Shown here: piece by piece, positions 43,601 through 56,562 of the stretch
Layout: each line of letters starts with the position of its first letter
Numbering within the stretch: position 1 is the first letter of the stretch
Source of the DNA: Antedon mediterranea
Lineage: Eukaryota; Animalia; Echinodermata
Reading direction: 5' to 3'
NCBI RefSeq assembly: GCF_964355755.1
Contig: NC_092673.1
Span: 1,488,001 to 1,552,000 of the forward strand
DNA length: 64,000 bases
Notes under the pieces: model-generated
What the model saw: only the letters and a program-made list of their open reading frames with translations
Told to the model about the DNA's origin: nothing
The model's database searches: none
Translations under genes and position numbers: made by a program

Positions 43601-46600
43601 GCCAGTATACTGAACGCTGGCTTATTGTTTCATTAAACAAAGGCCTCATTATGCCTAGCTGGTGATACAATTCGGCTTTCAACTTCTATGACGCTGTCAA
43701 CTGATAGCAGTAGAGCTTCATTGGAAATGAACTACTACTGTAGAGGCCTAGAAAAAAACAAACCAAACATAATGGGAAATGTTTAAAATAATATTATATG
43801 TCATTGTGTTATTGAAAGATAATAAATGTGTTATTAAAGAATTTAACAATTTGTTAATATTTTTTTAAATATTTTCAGTTTTATACTCTTCACAGTCAAT
43901 ATATTAATAACTGTTTTTTACATTTTTTGAACTACTTATTTTTGGAGTAAACTAAACATCATTTTTTGCTTAAAAATGATTGATAAACCTCCAAAAAAAC
44001 ATAGCAAACCCTATGAAAACTAAATACATTTTCAACATTTTGGGTTTCTCCTTCAACTAAGATTACAAACTTCTGCTCTAGGGTCGCCACACCATATGCT
44101 AGATAGAGAGTTGGCCTATTGCTATTCATCATATCTTAGGTCATGTACAGTGTTAAACTAGAGCAATATGTTTAGCTTAAACTTAACCTGTAACAAAGCA
44201 CTGGACCACCAGGATATAAATGACATGTATGTCTTTAGGTACATGCTCAAAATACTACATAATAAAGCAGCAAGTCTTCTTTAACCTTAATAAAGCAGCA
44301 AGTCTGCTTTAACCTTAATAAAGCAGCAAGTCTGCTTTAACCTTAATAAAGCAGCAAGTCTGCTTTAACCTTATTAAAGCAGCAAGTCTGCTTTAACCTT
44401 AATAAAGCAGCAAGTCTTCTTTAACCTTAATAAAGCAGCAAGTCTTCTTTAACCTTAATAAAGCAGCAAGTCTTCTTTAACCTTAATAAAGCAGCAAGTC
44501 TGCTTTAACCTTAATAAAGCAGCAAGTCTGCTTTAACCTTTAAGTCTGCTCACAACCGTATGCAAAAATATTAACACCTATTTCTACTTGGTAGGTATAT
44601 ACAGTAACTGCTGTACAATCTACAAAACTATGAGCTACTGCATACGGTAATTATTAATTACTACAGTATGAAGTTCTTTGTTTTGGGTTTTTATTGTACT
44701 TTTATTGCACAATTTTAAAATATGAATTTATTATGTGGAAAACCCTGACTTATGTTAGTGTTGAACCAGAATCCTTGGACTAGTCAGTAAAAGCTAATCA
44801 AGATACAATGATGAAATACCTTGGCGAAGCATGTTAAGTATAAAACTATCAAACTAGTTCGACAAAAAAATAGTGTGATGTGCCTAAATAGGGTAGTGAT
44901 CTGCTCAAATATGGTAGTGATATGACATCATCGTGTCCATATACACTATGAGCACATCGTCGCATTTTTTTGTCACATAAAGTTTAATAGTGTAGGCAAG
45001 GCTTGAAATGAAAATATGATTCAGACATTCAAGGACAAGTAAATCCTAATAATAAAATTTGTATTCATCATTTTCAATAAAAAGAAAATGAATGCCATAT
45101 GCTGGAAATCCATATTATTCTAAAGGGAACATTTTAGAGTTTACAGTTAAATTACTTAAACTTATCAAATCAAAGCTATACACAAGACAAGTTTATACTT
45201 TATACTTTAAAACAGAGGACTTGCAAAATACATTATATCCTACAGTATATGTATATACACTCCATACATTCAATTATAGGCAAGAAAACTGTACAGTTAC
45301 AGAGCACATGTTTGCTGTGTACAAACACACATAATTACACTAGATATACAAGTTTTATTGTAGAGACATCCTAATAACTTAGGGTATGTTCAGACCTACG
45401 GAGTTATGCTTTCGTATCACAGCCAAGGTCATATTTTAATGAGCGTCGTAAGAGCAAAGTGTTCAGATTCATTGCAACGAAGTTGCGTTACAAACGGATA
45501 TGATGTCACTCGCTGGCGATTAACCAAACTCTAACGCACGTATAGACCTACCTTCGTTGTTATTAAATGTAGTAGTGGTTGGGGTAGGAGTTACAGGCCT
45601 AGACCGAACACTTGGGCTCGGCATTATCGATGGGTTGTCAGGCATATACCAACCAGCCGATCGTTTTGGGGGTTTGGGTTTATATTTGGTCTATGACCTA
45701 AAATATCATTTATGGCAGAAAAATGTTCAAATCCCGTACTTGCACCGGCTCCAGATTTATTTACTCGGTCTTTCGCCGCTTTATACGACGACCCCTTCAA
45801 TTTCGTTTGGATATTAAATCCTTCTTTATGAGGATGGCCCATCTGCTAACGTGTCCGCCATCTCGTTGAACACAGACATCTTGTTGCCGGTGCTTTTATG
45901 CCAGTTTTTCACTTCCAACCGATCTCTAAACTCAGGGCTTCCCCACAATGAAATAAGGTATTTTACTTCGGTTTGTCGCCAATGCGCACGTTTCGATGAC
46001 ATTTTAAATTAATTCATATAATAATATTAATAATAATAATACTGTATAGTGTAACAACAAACAAAGGGTATGATTTTTTCGCATGTTCACCGATCACAAC
46101 AAATGGATCAGCTTGGCTATACGATGAGGAGCACATGTCACGATGTGATGTGGCGAATATTGTAATTTGATTGGCTAGATATCTAACCTAGGTCATATTC
46201 ATCGATGCGTGACTTTCGTATTGTAAGCGACGTCCACTAAACTCATACCTTGAGCTTTCGTAGCGTACGAAATATCAGTGTCGTACGAGGTGGCTTCCAC
46301 TAATCTTTTCCTGGTTCAGACCTATGGACTAGTACGCCGCGTACAATACGAAAGCACAACTCCGTAGGGGCGAACAGGCCCTTAATGTACTGTAACCCTT
46401 ATAAATATATAAAAGATCTAAACTGGAATGATGATTAAATTACACTCAGTATAAAATCAAATTTGGCGTAGAAGTTGACGATTTCATGAACAGTAGAGAA
46501 TGGTGTAGATACAATACAGTTATTGACTTCATTATGATGCTGGACAGATAATAGACATCTGATTATCACTGGTAATAACTAGCCTTATTGGTCTTTTGTT

Positions 46601-49600
46601 CCCGTCACAAGTGTCCCACCGCATTGTATTATGCCCCCATTGTGTTCTGTCTTTTGTTTCATTGCTTTTAATTAGAACTTTAATAACTGTACAGTTTCAG
46701 AGAATTGAAATTCACTATACTGTTAGTAATATTTCTTTATTTCACAACAGCACTATAAAAAGAAACTAAACTATTATGATAGTTCAAGTTATTTTTTCTT
46801 TTTTTTGGAGAGAGATGGCTTTTACATTTTGAATGAAGTAAATGGCACTCATAATGTAAATTGCACTCTGGGCTCGCACTGGCCGATCGCCAAGTCGCCA
46901 TGGGCGAAAACGTTTCCAGATTGCCGAAAAATAAAACGGCTACTTTATGACATATGATAAAATAGATAATTAAATAATCATTTTGGCCAAAGCATAAAGT
47001 CCAACTAAAAGGTCCATTTGTCGATCTGCAAGCATTTATTTTGTTCGTTATCACGTTGTTTACTTCAAGCTCCATTTTCCGTCAACTTGTTTCGTTGGGT
47101 TTCGTTGTACAAGGCGTCTCTTTGTTATTTAAAAAAGATGGAGATAGCAGAGGTAGACTGCACAGAGAGACAGACGTTACACGACACATGAATGATGAAG
47201 TCTACCCAAACTATCACGTGTTGTGCGCTGCACAAACGACTACTACGTAGCCAACGGTCGGCTAATTACCGGGATTGTCTATTTTTCAATAGGGGTGTAC
47301 TTTTCAGATTAAAAAGAAACATTATAGTATCTTCGATGAATGACGTCTTAAACTTATCGAAATAAAAAATTTATGCGTTATGCATTTTAGAGTCTTCCAG
47401 TTTAATGTAGTTTCATATTTTACCCTTAATAAACTTCTCTCGTGCGTGAGTGTAAACAAAACAACATGCGGGAAATGGTAGAGGCTAACGGGGATTTAGC
47501 TAAATTACCGGGATTGTCTATTTTTCGATAGGGGTGTACTTTTCAGATTAAAAAGAAACATTATAGTATCTTCGATGAATGACGTCTTAATCTTATCAAA
47601 ATCAAAAATGTATGCGTTATGCATTTTAGAGTCTTCCAGTTTAATGTAGTTTCATATTTTACCCTTAATAAACTTCCCTTGTGCGTCAGTGTAAACAAAA
47701 CAACATGCGGGAAATGGTAGAGGCTAACGGGGATTTAGCTAAACACACACGTGCATCTGAGCGGGGCCGGCCGCCGGCTTCTGTGTTGTGTAAATAAATA
47801 ATAATCGGGATAAACTTCTCGCACTGACAGAAACGCTTTGGCGCAGCCTTGAGGGATGGAAAGACGTGTTTGGCCTATATTATCTTACGTTCAACAACGA
47901 TACGAGCGTTCGTTTGCTAGGAATTTTCCTCAATATTTTTAGCATACGATATACCGTTGTTGTACATAATTTTGTAGGCCTTGGCCGGCGGTTCTGCACT
48001 TTCGCACCTCTTGAGCATACCCAATTTAAAAACATTAACCCGCTGCGCGGCGGTGATGCTGAGTGACCGTGAAGTCTAGGACACGATTTTCGCCTGGGTA
48101 CGCGATGGAAGCCGTCACACACAAACATGACCAGCCAAGCGTAAAAAACAAAAGTAACATAGCGTTCAGGGGATTTCAGAAAACTGTAAAATGTTTCTTT
48201 ATTAAATTGGTAACTGTATGATTAAAAACAATTTGAACAATTGTTTTAATCATGTAAAAAAAATACAAAAAAAAATATTATTTTTTTTAATCATACAGTG
48301 ATTTAGGCATGGTTCTTCTCAATGCCTTACAAAAACGTTCAGGGAACAGTGTATAGAACTGTTGACATAGATAAATTGACTAAAATGTTTTTGCCATTAT
48401 ATTTCAACAATTTTAAATTTTGGCTAAAAACCGATTCATTTGGCTAAATAAAAAAAATTTACTTTAGCCATTTTGACTATAAATAAACTGATTTGACTAA
48501 AAAAAATATTTTGACTTTCGCCAAATGGCTAAACAAAATGAAATGTTAGTGCTACCCCAGGCACTCATAATGTAAATTGCACTCATAATGTAATTGTGTC
48601 AAATAATAATTTGATATCAAGCTAATACATAATGTTCCTTATTAGTACCTTATTATAATGTACTATTATTGTACCTTATTATTGTAACAAACATATTAAG
48701 GCACAAAAACATTATATAATTCATTATATTTCTGCGCTAAAATAAACATGGTGATTTTAGCCTTGAGTTTTAAATTATAAAATGACATTTCTAAGTACAA
48801 GTCAGGGTCCAAGTGCAGTGTGTCTGGTATAGGGACCTCGTCTGTTGGGATGTCCTTCACCCTAACCCAATAGCCTGCCCTAGAACTTTAACAACTTTTA
48901 TAAGTTATGGCACATTATATTCGGAAATATGCTGTGGTTACTGCTTATATAATTCAGAATAATTTAACCTGTCCTAGAACCTTAAATATTAACAACCATA
49001 ATTTATTGAGTATATTAAAATAAAAGTCAGTATGGTTACAGTACATTAGGGGGTAGCCTGTGTAATGCTAAAATTATGCTTATTAAATGTATGGTATAAA
49101 CACAGTGTAGTCATGTGTTTATTACATAATTGGTTATCCGCAACGAAGTTGCAGGATAACCTCTTGTGATTGTACGAAATCATTCTGTATGATTTTTGTG
49201 TAACGCTTTTCTCTAAAACTCGCAAACATAACATTTCGGTAACTATCTTAACATATTGACATTTACGTAACGTCGTCAAGCGAAGCTTTTCATGACGTTT
49301 ACAATTGCGCAACTTGACTTACGCGCGATTTAACGATTTTGTCGTATTTAACATAGCTCGACAACCAAATAACATTTCAACTTGAAACTTTGCAAAAGTT
49401 TAATTTATATCATGCGCTAACTTTCTGTTGAAAAAAAATTGCGTGTTTTACACAAAGTTACGCGCGCACGCGCATTTAAAATTTCAAAATGCGCAAAATT
49501 AATTTATAATCAACTTTCTACGCGTTTCATGTCGTTTTAAGCATGTCAAAAATTCCCACGCGTGCGCACATTTTTACGTGTGCGGTTCGCACGTAGTATT

Positions 49601-52600
49601 GAAAACGTACTTTTTTCGCGTGATTTATATTTTTCCAGCCTTTTCTAGTAATTTTACCAAATTTTAAACAATTTCGACTTAAAGATACGTCATACGAGCA
49701 CGTCGAATTGGACAATTTGCGCGCGTTTTTTATGAAAAGGTTAAAAAATTCGTTTAAAATATGCCTTTTTTAAAACAGTCGTAATTTCTAAACTAGACGG
49801 TCAACTTTTTGTGGATGGCATATTCTGGAAGTAGATGAGTTGTAGATATCGGATCAGGTATTAATATGGCTAACCGGACATTGTGACGTCATCGTATGGC
49901 CATGCGAATATAAAATTTTGGATTTTTGTATCTTTCGTCATAGCTCATCACATTGAATAGAGCGCATCTCCACTTATCCGTTTTCCATTTTCACCCCGAT
50001 TTTGATTTTGTCTAGGTCAATCAAGTATCTTTCGCATGAGTTAAAAATATTTTAATTTTTTTGACGTCATCATGCCTAAAAATTTAAATCACGTGTGGCA
50101 TTAATTTCATCTTTACAGTAAATTTTAATCTGTTATAGCTCGTAAGAATAAAATGTGATAATCACGATTAAAATTTTTTCTGGAAGCTATTGGATTGTAG
50201 ATACGAAATTATGTAAAAATGTTGCCAATCGGATGTTGTGACGTCATCATATGGCCAGTTAAATAAAAAAGGTCGTATTTTCATCTTTTGCGTCATAATT
50301 CATTACATTTAAAAGAGCGCGCATCAATATTTCACGTATTCAAATTTCTTCTACACGCTAATACGTTGTTGCTGAGATAATTTCCTTTCGGAATTGCTAC
50401 CTTCGCGTTTCATTTTAAAACCGTCAACATGTTAAAAATTGCAATAAATAGCGGGTCCCGTAATTTCACCTATTCTACACTGTATGTGATATGGATACAG
50501 ATTATACTGTGTATATACTATACGGTATATGAATTTAAATAATAAAATTCAGCAATAACAACATATCATATTCTTCAGTTCAGGTCATAATGCCAACGTG
50601 AACACTTCCTTTTGTCCTCAACCTATCCCCTTAATGTTAATGTTGCACCACTTGCGCGGCGGATAACCAAACTCGTCAAAGTGACGAGTTACATGTCTAG
50701 TGATGCTTTTGGTTTTATTTATAGCTACAGAATAGTAAACTTATGTATTGTTTTACTTCAAACTAGACAATTCAAATTCTTGATACTTGTATTAATACTG
50801 TTAGACCCTCTTGAATTCAACTCGAGAGCAGGCTTGCTTTTCCTCCAGCTCCTAAATGGTCTGCTTAGGCATATTTCACCTGGCAACTGCATATTTTTTT
50901 CCACGCAAATTTCAATTCAATGGAATTGTACCACTTCAGTAAATAATACTGTACCTACTGTATGTCAGTACAGGGTTGGTATATAGACCATTTAATGACA
51001 ACAAAAAAATAGCTTATCATTTTTTATTTTCATTAATCAAGCCATTTAATTGGCAGAGATCACTATTTTAGCTAATTTTTGTTTAATTCAACAATAGAGT
51101 TAATATGTCCTTGTCCTTTTGTTGCCCAGGCATTCAATTTTGTTAATGATTTATAACGATTTTTTTTCTAAAGCTGAATCGAAACTGGAAAAAAAATGGA
51201 ATGAATTTTTGTCAATCTACTAAATTTAAAGTGTTTATCTGATTGTGGAGTAACTTATGTATATTATGTACTATTTATTATGGATGGATTCATACATATG
51301 AAGTCCGAAATAAAGAGAAATTAAATGAAATATCATATTGCCTGTATGATTTTCCACAAAGCCTGTAAACGGTGAGTACCTTTATTGGTATATAAGGCAA
51401 GATATTAAGCCTTTCAGGTTGGATTTCATGTATATTGGATTTACCAGTTTCATCAATGCATGGCGTACACGATAAAAGGCTGAATTGACCCGAGTTAAAA
51501 GTGCAAAGTATACATTGGCGTTGTATTCAAGTGAGCTAGCCTTAGCAATGATAAGCCTATGGTCCATAATAAGTGAGCCATGCTTTCCAATACAATAAAT
51601 CAATGCTTTAGATTGTTAGGCTTATACCAGCTAATATTCTATGCTTATTAGTAAGTTGTTGTGCTTACATTACATGGTAGTATTCAACAATATACCAGCT
51701 ACAGTAGTTATTCAATGAACGTTGCCCAAACTAAATTCACTGGCTACAGTACTTTAATATTTAACAAGCTTTGATCTGAATGCAGCAGTCAACAAACATC
51801 ATGCAAAGCTAGTACTGTATTGAACTTAACAAAGCTAAATTCATTTAGTACAGTACTGTATTCAACAATCTCTAACTATCAGCTAGAAATTCACTGGCTA
51901 CAGTACTTTAATATTTAACAAGCTTTGGTCTGAATGCAGCATTCAACAAACATTATGCAAAACTAGTATTGAACTTAACACAAAGTTAAATTCAGCATAT
52001 ACAGTAGTACAGTACTGTATTCAACAATCGCTAACTATCAGCTAGAAATTAAATTCTCAACCTCGGTAATACAGGTTTTGAAGTACAAATTGATCAATCT
52101 TGTCGCCAATGATCTTTTTTAATCAAGTATGTCTTTAATACACACATTCAGCTATTCTCAAGGGTTTTTTATTATTATTGATATTATACCATTGTTACAA
52201 AGCTGTTGTAAAGGATAGTCAGTAGTACAGAAAGTTAATGTTTTTGTTCCTCCTTATTTATTATTGATACATCATAATTGCATAAAGTACATTATATTAT
52301 AGTGTATGCTTTATACCTAAAGATTTACCAATCAACTTAGAAAGAGTCTAATTTGATCTGTCTACGCTATCAAACTACAGTAGTTTGACAAAAAAGTGTG
52401 ATGTGCACAAATATGGTAGACTTAATATGTCCAAATATGGTAGTGATATGACATCACCATGTCCGTATATTGGCATATCACATTTTTTTGTCATATTATA
52501 TACTTTGATAGTGTAGACAGAGCTTTTGCAATTAAATACATGCCGACATGTCATAATCCAATAAGTCAATTTATGTACTGTGTATATGTAAATTTTTAGT

Positions 52601-54605
52601 CGGAATTGCTGTAAACCATTAGTTCTTTGTATTTTTATAAAGACAAATAAAGTTTCTTGTATGTAGTGTGAATAAAATAATGTCACAAATGGCAAATCTG
52701 TAGCTTGTGATTTGGTAAAATTACTTTTGTTGGACATGTCCACTTGTAACTATTGTACAGAAATGACCAGATAGTTTAGTTACAACTCAGCAATCTATCA
52801 CCATGGTATTGTCATAGCAACATCGTTAAAAAACATAGTTAACGCTACAGTAACCAAATGATCATGATTTGAAACTAATATTAAATATACATATTCTATG
52901 ATAAACAGGTCATATAATATATATAACAGTAGTACTGTTTATCTACCAAAATAACTGAGTGAGAAATACAGTACAGAAACTGGTCCTTGTAACCGTGATA
53001 CTAGATCACATATGGTGGCTATTGACTGTATACAGTAAGCGCTTACGGACACTGCTTGTTGATGCTTAAAACAACATTACTCATGCATCCCACTAGACCA
53101 CTATCATGTATATATATCCCTATTTTTATTTAAGTAATGGTAGGGAAAATGGTATTGGAGGGGTGCAATTCATAATGACTAGGTACTAGTCCATGCCCTG
53201 TCCATGTAATTGGATGGTTTATAGGCGTAGAGTACACGTTTCCTGTTGCATTTCTAATGCACATTCAACACAATTATGTTACCATGTGATTATCTAATAA
53301 TGTTTATGATTAGCTACAAGAGTAAACAACACAGAAGTTTTAGATGTCTTTTTTAAATGGCAGTGATAAACAGTGTGAAATAGGCTACAATTGGCAGGAT
53401 ACATTTCTTTGGTAACTAAACATTTAGAAACACAAGAAGGAAGGAAGGAGATCTTATGGTTAAATCTTAGTCGTTGCCGTTGTTGTAGGCCAATACGCCT
53501 TTACACTAATAATGATATAAACCATTGATCCGTATAATTTTGAATAATGATAATGTCTTGGAGCCTTGAACTTATTTCAAGTATTGATAACATTAAGTTT
53601 ATTTTGTGCCTAGCTTACGGTACCTGTAGTGAGAGAACAATAGCAAAAAAACAATAGCAAAAAATAATTGTTTGTTTTTTGTACATAAGTAAGAATGGTA
53701 CATAGTACATTAGTAGTAGAAATATCCCTGTGACCCAGTGAAAACAGCGACAACAAACTTTGTGCGCTCTTCATTCCAAATATGATGATGTATCTCCCCC
53801 TCGCCATGTCCACTGGTATACAGTACCACTGTCTTCAGTTCTTTTGTACCGTTGCTAAGTTTCCAATTTCAGGTATAGGTTTGATTTGATTTGAATTTAT
53901 TTGGAAAATCATCATAAAAAATACATACAAAGTGTTCATACAAGTGTACATACAAGGTGTTCAGCCAAAAACTGTTCATTTCATATTGTTCATTCGCTCT
54001 GTAGAAAAGGGGTTGGTTTATCCAGAGGAGTTGTACTCGTAGACTAACTACCACTGTTGGCCTGTGTCTAGTGTTAACAGTGGCGTAACGCAGAGGCCCG
54101 AAGCCCCAGCCAGTCAGCCAGTGAGCGCTCATAGACGTTACGCCACAGAGTGTTTCTGTTCAGAAAATGTCTTAATTCTCAAACTCAACAGTACAAAACT
54201 ACCATTAAAATACTGTGTGTTATGGAAAAGTTGATTGTGATATATCATCTACCATCCAATGAATATTTTGAATATTAAAGTTGATAGTTACATAATAATG
54301 TGTTTAGACAATAAAGCATAATAATGATATGTACAATAATAATACAGAAGTAGTATTGATGAAGGTCACACTGAAATTAATATTTAGTGATGACAGAGAT
54401 ATGTGACAATGATGACAGTGATATGTGACAACAATGACAGTGATGCATTTATTCAATACAATATATTATCACATTCCTGAGATCACAATCACATTTATTA
54501 TGTATTTTGTATATTTCAGAATCTTTTGGAAGTTCAAGTTATCAGAATCAAAACTCGCCATCGGTGGTGGTTGCCAGTCCACTTGCGGAAAATAGTGACA
54601 ACAAG
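40632..54605 (+). CDS. 5' coding exons of an unidentified gene with a Ser/Pro/Thr-rich disordered N-terminus; continues beyond the window
   Basis: Exon 40553-40986 (acceptor TTTCTTTATAG, ATG 40632, donor AAG|GTGAGT, phase 1) joins in frame to exon 54520-54605 (TTTCAG|AA...AAG|GTTTGT), giving MPVSSPPSINV...RRRSHQESFGSSSYQNQNSPSVVVASPLAENSDNK. No folded domain falls within the window. Confidence 0.7.
41331..41420. repeat. Nested palindrome/direct-repeat cluster (TCTAGAAAACTCAGAT), probably a foldback-element terminus
   Basis: Three direct copies and one inverted copy of TCTAGAAAACTCAGAT, preceded by GGTGTC. Confidence 0.6.
43180..43325. mobile_element. 146-bp hAT-like MITE
   Basis: CAGGCGCAGATTTA...TAGATCTGCCCCTG with flanks GAGAG/CAGAG. 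Confidence 0.5.
44261..44540. repeat. 28-bp minisatellite x10 with an internal hairpin
   Basis: Unit AATAAAGCAGCAAGTCT(G/T)CTTTAACCTT. Confidence 0.95.
44842..45004. mobile_element. Harbinger-like MITE family A (degraded)
   Basis: Same internal sequence as the other family A copies. Confidence 0.7.
45382..46381 (-). mobile_element. 1-kb PIF/Harbinger deletion derivative, TSD TTA
   Basis: TTA|GGGTATGTTCAGACCTACGGAGTTATGCTTTCGTAT...ATACGAAAGCACAACTCCGTAGGGGCGAACAGGCCC|TTA. It contains a Myb/SANT-like remnant. Confidence 0.88.
45624..46002 (-). pseudogene. Frameshifted Harbinger Myb/SANT-like DNA-binding protein remnant
   Basis: MSSKRAHWRQTEVKYLISLWGSPEFRDRLE...NKMSVFNEMADTLA, then after a frameshift MGHPHKEGFNIQTKLK..YKAAKDRVNKSGAG...FEHFSAINDILGHRP. 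Confidence 0.8.
46868..48560. mobile_element. 1.7-kb non-autonomous hAT-like element, 5-bp TSD GCACT, with an internal duplication of about 239 bp
   Basis: CTGGGCTCGCACT...AGTGCTACCCCAG inserted in an 18-bp tandem repeat (GCACTCATAATGTAAATT). Internal direct repeat at 47261-47743. Confidence 0.72.
49049..50460. mobile_element. Non-autonomous element with degenerate TIRs, sharing an internal module with 5185-5866
   Basis: Ends TTAGGGGGTAGCC / GCGGGTCCCGTAA. Internal repeat of TGTGACGTCATC.TATGGCCA at about 49882 and 50237. CpG-rich relative to its flanks. Confidence 0.55.
51733..52050. repeat. Tandem duplication, period about 154 bp
   Basis: AAATTCACTGGCTACAGTACTTTAATATTTAACAAGCTTTG occurs at 51733 and 51887. 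Confidence 0.85.
52356..52524. mobile_element. Harbinger-like MITE family A
   Basis: TCTGTCTACGCTATCAAAC...TTTGATAGTGTAGACAGAGCT. Confidence 0.75.
54078..54148. mobile_element. 71-bp hAT-like mini-MITE
   Basis: CAGTGGCGTAACG...CGTTACGCCACAG, with an imperfect 8-bp TSD AGTGTTAA/AGTGTTTC. Confidence 0.6.
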
Positions 54606-55512
54606 GTTTGTGTGCTCTTCATTCCATGATGTATCCCTCCCTTGTCCCATCCACTTTACACTTTAAACTAGCCTTATACATAATAGAATTCCTTGATATT
54701 TACATGCAGCCCTCTCATTCTTTATTACTCTACTAATAACATTCGTCATTCTTTTAAAATTCAAAATGATTAAACATTCTCCAAAGAAACAGTTGTTCAA
54801 TACGAGGAACCGCTGACTTCTTTACTTAACCTAGCTTTAAAACAAAATTGTGAATAATGAAAAAAAAAAAATCAAAATCTACTTCTTCATCAGTGATGTA
54901 GCCACGAGAAATAAAGTGGTCCAGTTTTGTCAAGAAAAAGGAACAATCTCTATTCAAGCCACTGGGTTGTCATAAGGCCTGTGAAAAAGTGGTCAGGTTG
55001 AAACCTTACCAACCAGCTATGGCCATGTTTATACTGTAGCAAAACGACCAGTCCCTCCTTGTTCTATATTTTACTAAAAGCAATATAGGCTGAAATAGGT
55101 GTAAAATAATTTTCACTGTACTGTACAGTAAATGCAGTAACTGGTGAATTTGTCTTTCTATTGCTTGACTGCATTGCTGTATCAAAATAATATTATTACA
55201 ATGTAGGAAAAATTATCATTATGCACACACATCCCCTATCAGTTTTGTGGCTAATGATAAATGAAATGATGAAATTAAATCATTAGTGGCATTTTAGTTA
55301 GTCTCTACATCATCAACAACATCATCAAATATTCATCATATTACAATTTATTGTATTATCTTTGCATCAGTTTCTTTTTCTAGACAATTTTTAGCAGTAG
55401 CTTGACGACATCACTCAACATTCAGTTAAACTCAGATTGGCAAAAAAAGAACTAAAATTCAAAATCTTAAATTGCATTTTATCTGGATTGTGACAGTAAA
55501 ATTAAAGTATAA

Positions 55513-56562
55513 GGCCCTGTTCAGACCCATGGCGTTAGACCGTTTTAGCGTACAACGTTACTATCAAGGTCACGTTACACACCGCAGAGAAAAAAACGAG
55601 GTGTTCAGACCCATAGCGTACGATTATCGTTACAACGGAAGTACGTCATCCAGGTTGTTTCTAGTTGCATATTCATATGCTCTTACACACGTGTTTTCAT
55701 CATTATTTCCACTGTATATAGGCCTAGATCCCAGCCCTACAATTATGACAAAATTTGCCGTAAATAAAACATACCTCATAGTAAAGCCAAATTTCTGTTT
55801 CTATTGTTTTTATTTTGTAGTAAAATTATAAAAAACATTTTAAAAACAAAAATAAAGCAGGCCTCGTAATGATGAAGAAAAAAATGATTGTTATTAGTCT
55901 ATCCAGTCCAGTCAAATATATATATTCTTTGGTCCAGTCGGTTGAAAATAACCCTTAACTTGCTAATAAAAGAGACACAGCTCCCCTTGTTTGTTTACTG
56001 ATTTTTTTAGGAGTTAGGGGGTTTTCAGCATTAAACTTGTCCAGTCTAGTCTGCCTTGTATGAATGAGTGACTTGATGTCCCACGCTAGTTTTTAGCTTG
56101 AATGAAATGCGTGAATGGCTCTAGGCCTAGCTAGGCCTAAAAGCGGATGGGATCGTAGTCCCTATGTTTAAATACAAGGTGCATGTATTTATGTCATTTG
56201 TTAGAAAATATAATGGTAATCAGTTGATAAAAGTTTGTAGCCTTTGTAATAGTTGTATTTGTAGTGTAGTTAGGCCTTATTTATTCTGGCCTTTTTGTTA
56301 TTGAAATCCATCTCACACATTGACGATACAAGATGTCAGCCTAGGTCAAACCTTGTTTCGCGTCATAACAGGAAACGTTCTGATTGGATACAACATTGAC
56401 TTACAGTAGCGTCGTACGCTAAAACGGTACTATCAACCGTTTTCCACTACAACGCTACAACCGTTGTACGACGCGTTGTACGCTAATCCCCAACTGTTCA
56501 GACACACATTCTTTTAGCGTCGTACGCTAAAACGGTCTAACGCCATGGGTCTGAACAGGGCC
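55513..56562. mobile_element. 1.05-kb PIF/Harbinger non-autonomous element, TSD TAA
   Basis: TAA|GGCCCTGTTCAGACCCATGGCGTTAGACCGTTTTAGCGTAC...GTACGCTAAAACGGTCTAACGCCATGGGTCTGAACAGGGCC|TAA, a near-perfect TIR of about 45 bp. Confidence 0.9.

Noticed and set aside
44261-44540. CRISPR-like array of 28-bp palindromic repeats
   Set aside because: Units are head-to-tail with no unique spacers, there are no cas genes, and the context is a eukaryotic intron.
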